Origin: an uncultured Bacteroidales bacterium
GTDB taxonomy: Bacteria > Bacteroidota > Bacteroidia > Bacteroidales > Paludibacteraceae
Length of the DNA: 32,000 bases
Assembly: GCA_902774185.1 (NCBI GenBank)
Contig: CACYHE010000001.1
Location: forward strand, 108,332-140,331
Direction: 5' to 3'
The first letter of the stretch is position 1. Each line of letters opens with the position of its first letter. A program made the position numbers and the translations under genes. The notes beneath the pieces were generated by a model, which did no database searches, was not told the origin of the DNA, and saw only the letters and a list, made by a program, of their open reading frames with translations. Below, in pieces: positions 14,204 through 21,465 of the stretch.

Positions 14204-16294
14204 CTAGTATAGTTTATACGTTGTTTTGAGTACCTTGAACTCGGTACGACGGTTGATCTGGTTGCAGATCTCTTGTTTGTCAATCGGCAGACTGTTGATG
14301 AACGTCTCGTCCAGCACTTGCTCAACCGGTATCCACGGATATTGCTTGTTAAGCGCCTTGTCTGCCACCACCGGTTTGGTTTTACCGTATCCTACCGGCG
14401 TCAGACGTTCTTTCTCAATACCGTGTTGGATGAGGTAGTCACAGCAACTCTGTGCACGTTTCTGACTTAACTCGTTGTTGAACTCGTCCGTACCCTTCAA
14501 GTCCGTATGGGCACTGAGCTCAATGGTGATATTGGGGTTGTCGTTAAGCAGTTTAACCAATTTCTCCATCTCTTTCTCCGAGGCCTGCGTCAACTCCCAT
14601 CGACCGAACTCATAGAACACATTCTCCATCGTGACGGGTCGGCTAATCGGTTGCAGCACAAAGTCCATCGTGTAGGTCTTGCTGTCCTTCAAACCGAAGG
14701 TGTTCCATTGCTCTTTGGCGTTCAGATAACCTCTGGCGGTGACTAACATGACGTACTTGACGTCTTGTTGCAGTTTGATCTTGTACTTACCGTCCCGACG
14801 GGCGTTGAGTTTACTGTTCGTGCCGTCGGATCCCACAATACGCAACATGGCGTCGGCGATAGGATTGCCCAAACCGTCGTTCACCGTCCCTTGTGCTATG
14901 AACTCCATCTCAGGCAAGGTAAACTGGTAGATCTTATCCATCCCTTTCTTATCGCCTCGGTTGGAGGAGAAGAAACCGTTCTGACTGTTTCCGGCAAAAG
15001 TGATACCGAAGTCATCGCCGGCTCCGTTGAAGGGCGCCCCCATGTTAAACAGGATCCACACGACGCTGTCTTTGTAGGTCGTGTCACGTGTGGCTTTGAA
15101 GATATCCAGACCTCCGTAACCCGGATGACCGTTCGAGGCAAAATAGAGCGTACCGTCAGCGTGTACATAAGGGAACATCTCATCGGCACTCGTGTTGATT
15201 CCGGCTTCCAAAGGATGCGCGTTCACCCATTGGTTTTCTGCCAACTCCGCCATCCAGATATCTTTTCCTCCTTGACCGCCCGGTGCATCACTGGCGAAAT
15301 AGAGCGTGTCACCCATCGGACTGAGCGCAGGATGACCCACCGTGATCGTACTGTCGGTAAATAGTTTGACTTCCTGTGCTTCGCCCCATTCACCGCTTGC
15401 CCGTTCACTACAGTAGATCTTAGCACCCAGATCCTGACCGTTGATAGGCTTGGAGTAAGTGAAATACATCATCCTGCCGTCCTTGGTAAAGCAGCACGCA
15501 CCCATCTCTGCGTTCGCTCCGCCTTTACCACTGGTCGAGTCATTCTGTTGTTCCTCTTCCTCTTGATCCCCGTACAAACCCTCTGCCGGTTCTATCTCTT
15601 CCCATTCTCCGGCTGCGTTCTTGCGTGTCTGGTAGAGTTGGAAAAGCTGTTGACCCGTCACGTTACTGGCGCGTTTGAGTTTTTTCGTTCCCTTCTCTTT
15701 GGACTCCTGCCGGTTTGATGTGAACATGAGTGCGTCGTTTTGATCACCGATGAACATCGGGGCGAAGTTACTGCTGCGTTTCTTGTTAAACATCTTCGCT
15801 TCGCTTACCTTGTACCGGCTGGTCTCTTTCTTCCACTCGTCCATCTTCGTGCAAGCGTACTTGCCGGCCTGCGCTACATAGTCATCGGGATGGGCTTCCA
15901 GATAGGAATCGTAGTGCTTGATGGCATCTTTGTATTTACCTTGGTTCTGCAGCACTTGTGCGGCATGCAGGTAAATCGTCGAGTCCTGTAACTGGTACTT
16001 ACAACGCAATGCACTCTGGTAAGCATTAGCAGCACGGGGATTATTGATATAGCGGTAACACTCCGCCTGACGGTAAGCGACGTAGCCCTTCAAGTCCCGT
16101 TGCTTCTGCGTACTGAGCCGACTATAACAGGACTTGTAGATCTCTCCGGCCGCATAGTACTCCCCGATGGCGTATTTCTTATCCGCCCGCTTGATACGTT
16201 GCTGGATAGAGCACCCGCTCAGAAGAATTGAAAATTGAAAAATGAAAATTGAAAGGAGAAAACCTTTCACCTTTGACCTATCACTTTTCAACAT
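14204..16294 (-). CDS. OmpA-family lipoprotein with TPR, TolB-like beta-propeller, CarboxypepD_reg-like and OmpA C-terminal domains
   Basis: Lipobox LLSGC, TPR-like AECYRYINNPRAANAYQSAL, WD40-like repeats (YFASD/YFASN), and a C-terminal OmpA motif (LSAHTDLKGTDEFNNELSQKRAQS). I chose the ATG at 16292-16294 (MLKSDRSKVKGFLL...). The track start at 16315 is a GTG inside a repeat. Confidence 0.88.
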   Translation of the reverse strand: MLKSDRSKVKGFLLSIFIFQFSILLSGCSIQQRIKRADKKYAIGEYYAAGEIYKSCYSRLSTQKQRDLKGYVAYRQAECYRYINNPRAANAYQSALRCKYQLQDSTIYLHAAQVLQNQGKYKDAIKHYDSYLEAHPDDYVAQAGKYACTKMDEWKKETSRYKVSEAKMFNKKRSSNFAPMFIGDQNDALMFTSNRQESKEKGTKKLKRASNVTGQQLFQLYQTRKNAAGEWEEIEPAEGLYGDQEEEEQQNDSTSGKGGANAEMGACCFTKDGRMMYFTYSKPINGQDLGAKIYCSERASGEWGEAQEVKLFTDSTITVGHPALSPMGDTLYFASDAPGGQGGKDIWMAELAENQWVNAHPLEAGINTSADEMFPYVHADGTLYFASNGHPGYGGLDIFKATRDTTYKDSVVWILFNMGAPFNGAGDDFGITFAGNSQNGFFSSNRGDKKGMDKIYQFTLPEMEFIAQGTVNDGLGNPIADAMLRIVGSDGTNSKLNARRDGKYKIKLQQDVKYVMLVTARGYLNAKEQWNTFGLKDSKTYTMDFVLQPISRPVTMENVFYEFGRWELTQASEKEMEKLVKLLNDNPNITIELSAHTDLKGTDEFNNELSQKRAQSCCDYLIQHGIEKERLTPVGYGKTKPVVADKALNKQYPWIPVEQVLDETFINSLPIDKQEICNQINRRTEFKVLKTTYKLY
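16228..16255. repeat. Heptamer array ttgaaaa x4 (sense ttttcaa)
   Basis: ttgaaaa ttgaaaa atgaaaa ttgaaag. It encodes LSIFIFQFS of the OmpA-family lipoprotein signal peptide. Confidence 0.95.
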
Positions 16295-16328
16295 ATATTT
16301 CCTTTCACTTTTCACCTTTCACCTTTCA
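16263..16328. repeat. Heptamer array cctttca, 4 + 4 units split by a 10-nt spacer (sense tgaaagg)
   Basis: cctttca cctttga cctatca cttttca / acatatattt / cctttca cttttca cctttca cctttca. The spacer carries the ATG at 16292-16294. The last unit carries the DUF1015 TGA stop (16326-16328). Confidence 0.95.
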
Positions 16329-17615
16329 ATTTAGCTCGTGGATTACCAATCCCGAGCGTAACTTGGGTTCAAACCATGTGGTCTTGGGCGGCATGATATT
16401 GCCGCTATCGGCGATGTCGATGATCTGCTGCATGGTAACGGGGTAGAGCGCCAAAGCCACTTTCATCTCTCCGCTATCCACTCTCTGCTTCAACTCGCCC
16501 AGACCACGGATACCGCCTACGAAGTCGATTCGTTTGTCCGTACGCAGATCTTTGATGCCAAGGATCTTATCCAGAATAAGATTACTCGATATCGTAACAT
16601 CCAGCACACCTATCGGGTCCGCATCATTATAGCGTCCCTCCTTAGCGGTCAACGAGTACCACTTCCCGCCCAGATACAGGCTGAAGTTGTGCAGCGCTTT
16701 GGGTTTTACATCATTAAGCACGGAGGATTGCCTGTGGCCATCCGAATCGAGCAAGTCACCATTATAACATTCAACAATGAAGTCCTTATTAAGGGCTTCG
16801 AGGAACTCCTCCTCGCTAAGTCCGTTCAGGTCTTTTACCACACGGTTATAATCGATGATATTGAGTTGATTATCCGGGAAACAAACGGCTAAGAAATACT
16901 CGTACTCAGGAACCTTAATTTTTAATTTTTCATTTTTAATTTTTAATTCCTGTCCTACGCCAGCCGCCGCAGCTGAACGATGGTGTCCGTCAGCGATGTA
17001 CATCGCCGGAATCTCCGCAAAGATCTCGGTGATACGATCAATCGTCTTTTTGTCCTCAATGATCCAGAACGTGTGACGGAATCCTTCCGGAGCGGCTACG
17101 AAGTCATACTCCGGTGTGCCCTTGGTTACTTCTGCAACGATAGCATCAAGGTCGTCCCGGTGAGGGTAGGCGAAGAATACCGGTTCCATGTTCGCGTTCA
17201 GCGTACGTACATGTTTCATGCGGTCTTCCTCTTTGTCCTTACGCGTCAACTCATGTTTCTTAATGCGTCCCTCCAGATAGTCATCTACCCAAGCGCCGAC
17301 AACCAAACCATACTGCGTCTTGCCAAAACCCGTTTGCGCGTAAACGTAGTATTTCTCCTCTTGGTCTTGTTCCAACCAACCTTTGACACGAAAACGCTTG
17401 TATTGTGACAACGCCTCCTGATACACACGAGGGTCATGCTCATCGGTACCGGGTTCAAAATTGATCTCCGGCTTGATGATATGATACAGACTCATCTCGT
17501 TGCCTTCCGCTTCCTGACGTGCCTCCTCGGAGTTCAATACGTCATACGGCCGACTACTCACTTTGGTCACCAACTCTTTCGGTGGCCGTATTCCCTTAAA
17601 TGGTTTTATCTTCAT
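16326..17615 (-). CDS. DUF1015 family protein
   Basis: MKIKPFKGIRP..., the ADGHHR motif, and 429 aa. It contains a translated heptamer array at 16915-16949 (ELKIKNEKLKIK). Confidence 0.88.
   Translation of the reverse strand: MKIKPFKGIRPPKELVTKVSSRPYDVLNSEEARQEAEGNEMSLYHIIKPEINFEPGTDEHDPRVYQEALSQYKRFRVKGWLEQDQEEKYYVYAQTGFGKTQYGLVVGAWVDDYLEGRIKKHELTRKDKEEDRMKHVRTLNANMEPVFFAYPHRDDLDAIVAEVTKGTPEYDFVAAPEGFRHTFWIIEDKKTIDRITEIFAEIPAMYIADGHHRSAAAAGVGQELKIKNEKLKIKVPEYEYFLAVCFPDNQLNIIDYNRVVKDLNGLSEEEFLEALNKDFIVECYNGDLLDSDGHRQSSVLNDVKPKALHNFSLYLGGKWYSLTAKEGRYNDADPIGVLDVTISSNLILDKILGIKDLRTDKRIDFVGGIRGLGELKQRVDSGEMKVALALYPVTMQQIIDIADSGNIMPPKTTWFEPKLRSGLVIHELN
16915..16949. repeat. Heptamer array ttaattt x5, translated inside the DUF1015 gene
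   Basis: ttaattt ttaattt ttcattt ttaattt ttaattc. The sense strand reads ELKIKNEKLKIK. Confidence 0.95.
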
Positions 17616-17620
17616 CGTTT

Positions 17621-17686
17621 GATTTACGATTTTATGATTTACGATTTTACGATTTATTAGACGATTTCGATAAATTTAACGATTTG
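17621..17686. repeat. gatttac/gattttac array (alternating 7/8 bp, 15-bp super-unit) grading into degenerate copies
   Basis: gatttac gattttat gatttac gattttac gatttattagac gatttc gataaatttaac gatttg. It lies directly upstream of the DUF1015 ATG. Confidence 0.9.
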
Positions 17687-17709
17687 TAGAAGACAATGGT
17701 CCAATTCTG

Positions 17710-17766
17710 TCAATTGATCAATTGATCAATCAATCGTCCAATCGTCAATCGTCCAATCGTCAATTA
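17710..17766. repeat. tcaattga x2 followed by a caatcgtc/caatcgt array (7/8 alternation, 15-bp super-unit x2)
   Basis: tcaattga tcaattga tcaat caatcgtc caatcgt caatcgtc caatcgt caatta. It ends at the bactofilin TAA (17764-17766). Confidence 0.9.
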
Positions 17767-18126
17767 TTTCGTCGGCGCAGCCTTTGGCTGACCCATAGCG
17801 CATGTTCCGTTGAACTGTGCACCCGGTTCTACGATCAAAGTCTTTGTCTGTACATCGCCTTGGATCTTACCGCTTGCACGCAGACTCAGCTGTTGACTGC
17901 AGTTGATCTTGCCGTCCAGAAGACCCATGATCTCGGCGTTCTGACAGTTAACCGTACCTTTGATACGACCCGATTCGCCGATTACTACTTTACCCGAACA
18001 ATTTAATTCACCTTCGATCAAACCATCGATACGGTAATCGCTATCCGCCGTGATGGTTCCTACGATTTTACTTCCTGCGGTCAGCGCATTGAACATCAAA
18101 CCGCTTTGTTGTCTCTCATTTGCCAT
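17764..18126 (-). CDS. Bactofilin (polymer-forming cytoskeletal protein, DUF583)
   Basis: Repetitive beta-helix pattern: IVGTITADSDYRIDGLIEGELNCSGKVVIGESGRIKGTV... Start chosen at MANERQQ (ATG 18124-18126). Confidence 0.85.
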   Translation of the reverse strand: MANERQQSGLMFNALTAGSKIVGTITADSDYRIDGLIEGELNCSGKVVIGESGRIKGTVNCQNAEIMGLLDGKINCSQQLSLRASGKIQGDVQTKTLIVEPGAQFNGTCAMGQPKAAPTK

Positions 18127-18140
18127 AATATAATTATTTA

Positions 18141-18161
18141 TCAATTGTCAATTATCAATTA
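18141..18161. repeat. Heptamer array tcaattg/tcaatta x3
   Basis: tcaattg tcaatta tcaatta. It lies at the bactofilin-esterase junction and contains the esterase TGA stop (18155-18157). Confidence 0.85.
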
Positions 18162-18901
18162 TTGAAAAGTTTCGGCAAGAAACGTTTCAAATACTCTTGC
18201 CAATTCGGCCATACATGACCGTCCGTACTCTCGTAATACGTGTACTCCACATGCTCTTTTTCAAGCCATTTGCGGTACTCCTGAAAACTATCCCACAGAA
18301 AATCCTCCGTACCGATACCCAACCAGAACACTTTCGCGTCTTTCGGAGCATTATGAACGAACGTAGCCGGCGAGAACATTCCTACATACGCAAATTGTCC
18401 TTCCAACACATAGGACACCCGCATCGTGTGGTAACCACCCATTGAGAGACCGGCGATCGCGCGTTGCTCGGGATCCGTGCAGATACGGTATTTCGACTCT
18501 GTCTCCTTCATGAAAGCACCGAAGTTCGCTTCCCATTGACCGTTGGACGCGTTCTCTCTCTCTTCCTCCGAAGTAGGCCTGCTCGGACAGTTATCCGGCA
18601 TCACGACAACCATCTCACGTATCTCGCCTGCGCGTAGAAGGGAGTCCATAATAGGCACTAATCGACCCTGTGTGGTCCAGTCGAACTCATTTCCCCACAT
18701 CCCGTGTTGCAGATAGAGCACCGGAAAGACCTCCGTACGTGCTGCGTACTGATCCGGCAGATAGACACAGCAGGGCACGCCGTTCAAGGTGTCTTGTACC
18801 ACCGTACCGGCCTGTAACGGCCTGTCTTCCACCTGTTTCGCACATGCTATACTCATGCACGCGATACCTATCAGATAGGCACTAAAAATCCATTTCTTCA
18901 T
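18155..18901 (-). CDS. Esterase family alpha/beta hydrolase, lipoprotein or secreted
   Basis: Signal peptide MKKWIFSAYLIGIACMSIAC, the GLSMGG nucleophile elbow, and a PF00756-like layout. Start at ATG 18899-18901. The upstream track extension reads through the promoter. Confidence 0.85.
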   Translation of the reverse strand: MKKWIFSAYLIGIACMSIACAKQVEDRPLQAGTVVQDTLNGVPCCVYLPDQYAARTEVFPVLYLQHGMWGNEFDWTTQGRLVPIMDSLLRAGEIREMVVVMPDNCPSRPTSEEERENASNGQWEANFGAFMKETESKYRICTDPEQRAIAGLSMGGYHTMRVSYVLEGQFAYVGMFSPATFVHNAPKDAKVFWLGIGTEDFLWDSFQEYRKWLEKEHVEYTYYESTDGHVWPNWQEYLKRFLPKLFNN

Positions 18902-18922
18902 ATATGCACACAAATTTGGGTG

Positions 18923-18954
18923 CAAAGGTACGACTTTTTTTTGACATACGCAAG
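18923..18954 (-). promoter_or_regulatory. Bacteroidota sigma-A type promoter of the esterase gene
   Basis: The minus strand reads cTTGcgtatgtcaaaaaaaagtcgTAccTTTGc. The -7 box TACCTTTG (18923-18930) lies 21 nt upstream of the ATG. Confidence 0.7.
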
Positions 18955-19110
18955 CACGCGCGTACTTTTTTATGATTTTTATTACTTTTTCCTTCTTCCA
19001 AATTCGCATAGTTCAAAATTATTTGTTCCTTAATATCCTATGTATCGAACTCAACCATCGATACCTGTGTAATCCATGTAAAATAAAGGCTTGCCACGTA
19101 TGCGTATTGG

Positions 19111-19150
19111 GTGATTATAGGGAGATTATTGCGTGATTATTGCGTGATTC
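19111..19150. repeat. 11-bp period tandem repeat gtgattattgc x3.6
   Basis: gtgattatagg gagattattgc gtgattattgc gtgattc. It lies in the spacer between the FGE stop and the esterase promoter. Confidence 0.85.
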
Positions 19151-19205
19151 AACACAATATTCATAGAACATAAATCAATTAAAAACCACAAAATCATAGT
19201 GTTAT

Positions 19206-19220
19206 GGTAAGAGGCTTACC
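19206..19220 (-). terminator. Small hairpin just after the FGE gene stop
   Basis: ggtaag agg cttacc, a 6-bp stem with a 3-nt loop. This is weak evidence. Confidence 0.2.
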
Positions 19221-19223
19221 GGC

Positions 19224-20534
19224 TTATCGAACGGGGATGACTAACCGAAGAGGGCGAGACTCGTCGTCGGCTTGTTTGAATTGCAAGAGTACCGGGTCGT
19301 CAGGTTTAGGCAGGCGTACTCCAACTAATTCCGTCAAGGGAGAGAGTTTGTCGGCAACTCTCCGTTTACGTTGGATAGAACGGATTGATTCCTTCTTGTG
19401 GCTCACGTTCGGTTGATACGCTTCGATAATATGTTGCTGCTCTGCCAATACAATCTGTTCGGCAGACGCGACTAACAGAGCCTCTTTGGCTGACCGACTG
19501 CAATATTCGGCAAAACGAGTACGGTCGGACTTATTCATTCCGAGCGCTATGCTTTTGCATCGATCCGGTGGATCTTTCTGCATCATTTTCTTCCATAGCG
19601 AACACTCTACTTCTTCTGAGATATAATACGGTTGTTCTGCCGGCACATAGACAAAGCGCAACTTCTTGCTCTTGATACGTATAGAGCGAATAAGCGGCGG
19701 TTCTTCCTCTTGCTGTATTTGCTGCATGGGATCGTTCGGCAGCGTCAGCGCCACACGGAAACCGATATACTCTGTAGCTGTCTCCGGTAAGTGCCAACGA
19801 CGCACGGAGAGATGGCTGTTTGCCACACATTCGTCGTAACTTCCGCCACGTACAATACGGTAACTCCCCGTATCGGCGCCACATGGATCGGGCTGTGTGC
19901 TAAGCGTGTAAGGACCATAGATATCCTGACACCATTCTGACACGTTGCCGGTCATGTCGTACAAGCCCAATTCGTTCGGTTGCTTGCGTCCTACAGGATG
20001 TTTCCAATCTCCCGAACAGGGATAGGTCCAACCGACACTATCTGCTTCATTTCCGCCTGCAAAACGATAGGCTTTGCTCTTTGCTCCGCCTCGTGCCGCA
20101 TATTCCCATTCGGCTTCTGTCGGCAAACGAAACGGAAGACCTGTGATGCTATCCAACCGCCGCACAAACTCCTGACAATCAAACCATGACACGTATGAGA
20201 CAGGTACGGTCGGATAACCTTCCGGGTTGATAATCTCCCGTTCGGGCATCAAGGCACGCCATAGTTGAACGGTCACCTCTGTAGTGGCAATATAGTAGGG
20301 AGAAAGAAAAACGAGGTGAGCCGGTTTGTCAGTATAGGTATCTTTGTCCGTCTGGTCGAGCGTGGCACCCATCATAAACGATCCGCCTTCGACCCGTTGC
20401 ATGGAAAATTCGATACCGTTGATCTGCATTTCCAGGCGTTGCAACGAATCGGGAACAATCGGTTTATGCTTACGCGCACAAATCGGTAATACGCAAACGA
20501 TGGAGATAAATAATATGATGCCTCTTACATGCAC
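19224..20534 (-). CDS. Formylglycine-generating enzyme (SUMF1/FGE-sulfatase) domain protein with an uncharacterised C-terminal extension of about 150 aa
   Basis: GGSFMMG, WEYAARGG, NVSEWCQD and RGGSY motifs after a signal peptide. GTG start at 20532-20534. Confidence 0.82.
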   Translation of the reverse strand: MHVRGIILFISIVCVLPICARKHKPIVPDSLQRLEMQINGIEFSMQRVEGGSFMMGATLDQTDKDTYTDKPAHLVFLSPYYIATTEVTVQLWRALMPEREIINPEGYPTVPVSYVSWFDCQEFVRRLDSITGLPFRLPTEAEWEYAARGGAKSKAYRFAGGNEADSVGWTYPCSGDWKHPVGRKQPNELGLYDMTGNVSEWCQDIYGPYTLSTQPDPCGADTGSYRIVRGGSYDECVANSHLSVRRWHLPETATEYIGFRVALTLPNDPMQQIQQEEEPPLIRSIRIKSKKLRFVYVPAEQPYYISEEVECSLWKKMMQKDPPDRCKSIALGMNKSDRTRFAEYCSRSAKEALLVASAEQIVLAEQQHIIEAYQPNVSHKKESIRSIQRKRRVADKLSPLTELVGVRLPKPDDPVLLQFKQADDESRPLRLVIPVR

Positions 20535-20688
20535 GCCTTGTCCCTAACAAATACTGTGCCATATATAAAATGTGATATTTTCTTATTTTGCGTGTTTTTT
20601 GGGGAATGGAGAAGATGAGGAATGAAAATCGAGGGGGTGTCGAAAAATGAATAAAAATCGCTTAAAATGCAAAAAAATGGGCAAAAAA

Positions 20689-20720
20689 CTTGCGTATGTC
20701 AAAAAAAAGTAGTAATTTTG
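20689..20720 (+). promoter_or_regulatory. Bacteroidota sigma-A type promoter of the SIMPL gene
   Basis: cTTGcgtatgtcaaaaaaaagtagTAatTTTGc. The -7 box TAATTTTG lies at 20713-20720. The 22-nt core is identical to the esterase promoter. Confidence 0.7.
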
Positions 20721-20738
20721 CGCAAAATTTGGAAAGAT

Positions 20739-21425
20739 ATGAAAAATAATGTTTTTGCGGGCGCGTTGGTAGCGCTGGGTTTATGTCTTGGAGGTTTGTT
20801 CATTAACCTCGGTATTAATAAGTTTGCCTCGAAAGATCGGGCGGTGACGGTGAAGGGTCTGAGTACCCGTGAAGTGGAAGCGGACTATGCCGTTTGGCCT
20901 TTGTCGTTTGCATGGAGCGGAAATGATCTGCCGGCACTCTATACGAAGTTGGAACAAGTGACCGAGCGGGTGAAGAACCATCTGCAGTCCCTGGGCTTTG
21001 AGGAAGCCGATATCCGGCAGGGTAGTGTGTCGGTTAGCAATAACTGGGACGGATACTACGGTAATCGTCCGGAATTCAAATATACGCTGAGTACGTCGCT
21101 TATCGTTTCGACCGATAAAGTGGCGTTGGTTGTGGCGAGTCAAGGAAAGGAATCCGCTTTGCTCAAAGAGGGAATCATCGTGACTACAGAGAAATGGAAT
21201 CTGGATTACCAGTTCAACGGTCTGCCTGAGTTGAAGCCGTCGATGATCGAAGAGGCAACGCGTAATGCCCGTGCGGTCGCACAGAAATTTGCGGACGATG
21301 CCCAATGTAACTTGGGTTCGATCCGTCAAGCCAGCCAAGGACAGTTCTCCATCGAGTCCGACCAGTACCAGCCTTGGCGCAAACATGTACGCGTCGTGAC
21401 GACCGTTGATTATTATCTCAATTAA
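20739..21425 (+). CDS. SIMPL domain-containing protein (DUF541)
   Basis: MKNNVFAGALVALGLCLGGLFINLG (TM anchor) followed by DRAVTVKGLSTREVEADYAVWPL, typical of Bacteroidales SIMPL proteins. ATG at 20739, 19 nt after a TAATTTTG -7 box. Confidence 0.85.
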   Translation: MKNNVFAGALVALGLCLGGLFINLGINKFASKDRAVTVKGLSTREVEADYAVWPLSFAWSGNDLPALYTKLEQVTERVKNHLQSLGFEEADIRQGSVSVSNNWDGYYGNRPEFKYTLSTSLIVSTDKVALVVASQGKESALLKEGIIVTTEKWNLDYQFNGLPELKPSMIEEATRNARAVAQKFADDAQCNLGSIRQASQGQFSIESDQYQPWRKHVRVVTTVDYYLN

Positions 21426-21454
21426 GAATTAAGAATTACGAATTAAGAATCAAA
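21420..21454. repeat. Heptamer array aattaag x5, gyrA leader
   Basis: aattaag aattaag aattacg aattaag aatcaaa. It contains the SIMPL TAA stop (21423-21425) and ends 11 nt before the gyrA ATG. Confidence 0.95.
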
Positions 21455-21465
21455 TAATTATACAA

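Noticed and set aside
14765-15364. 199-aa plus-strand ORF
   Set aside because: It is antisense to the beta-propeller part of the OmpA-family gene.
18902-19009. Upstream extensions of the esterase ORF (18902-19009), SIMPL ORF (20667-20738), Lrp ORF (30927-31061) and OMT ORF (30926-30946)
   Set aside because: These extensions read straight through TTTG/TAnnTTTG promoter sequence (giving the shared artefactual peptide VCQKKVV). Signal peptides or conserved N-termini begin at the internal ATGs.
19010-19223. A possible tRNA or small RNA gene in the long spacer (hairpin gtatcga-N9-tcgatac at 19042-19064)
   Set aside because: There is no cloverleaf and no conserved T-loop or D-loop sequence. A single 7-bp hairpin is insufficient evidence. 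It is more likely part of the FGE terminator or the upstream region of the esterase promoter.
18933-20710. An invertible promoter switch (Bacteroides fimbrial/CPS type) defined by the 22-bp inverted repeat
   Set aside because: The -7 boxes lie outside the repeats and both promoters face outward, so inversion would not change promoter-gene connectivity. The segment is 1.7 kb and contains a whole gene, and no recombinase gene is nearby. I kept it only as a minor possibility within the promoter finding.
20781-21386. 201-aa minus-strand ORF
   Set aside because: It is antisense to the SIMPL gene, which has a promoter, a TM anchor and family-typical sequence.
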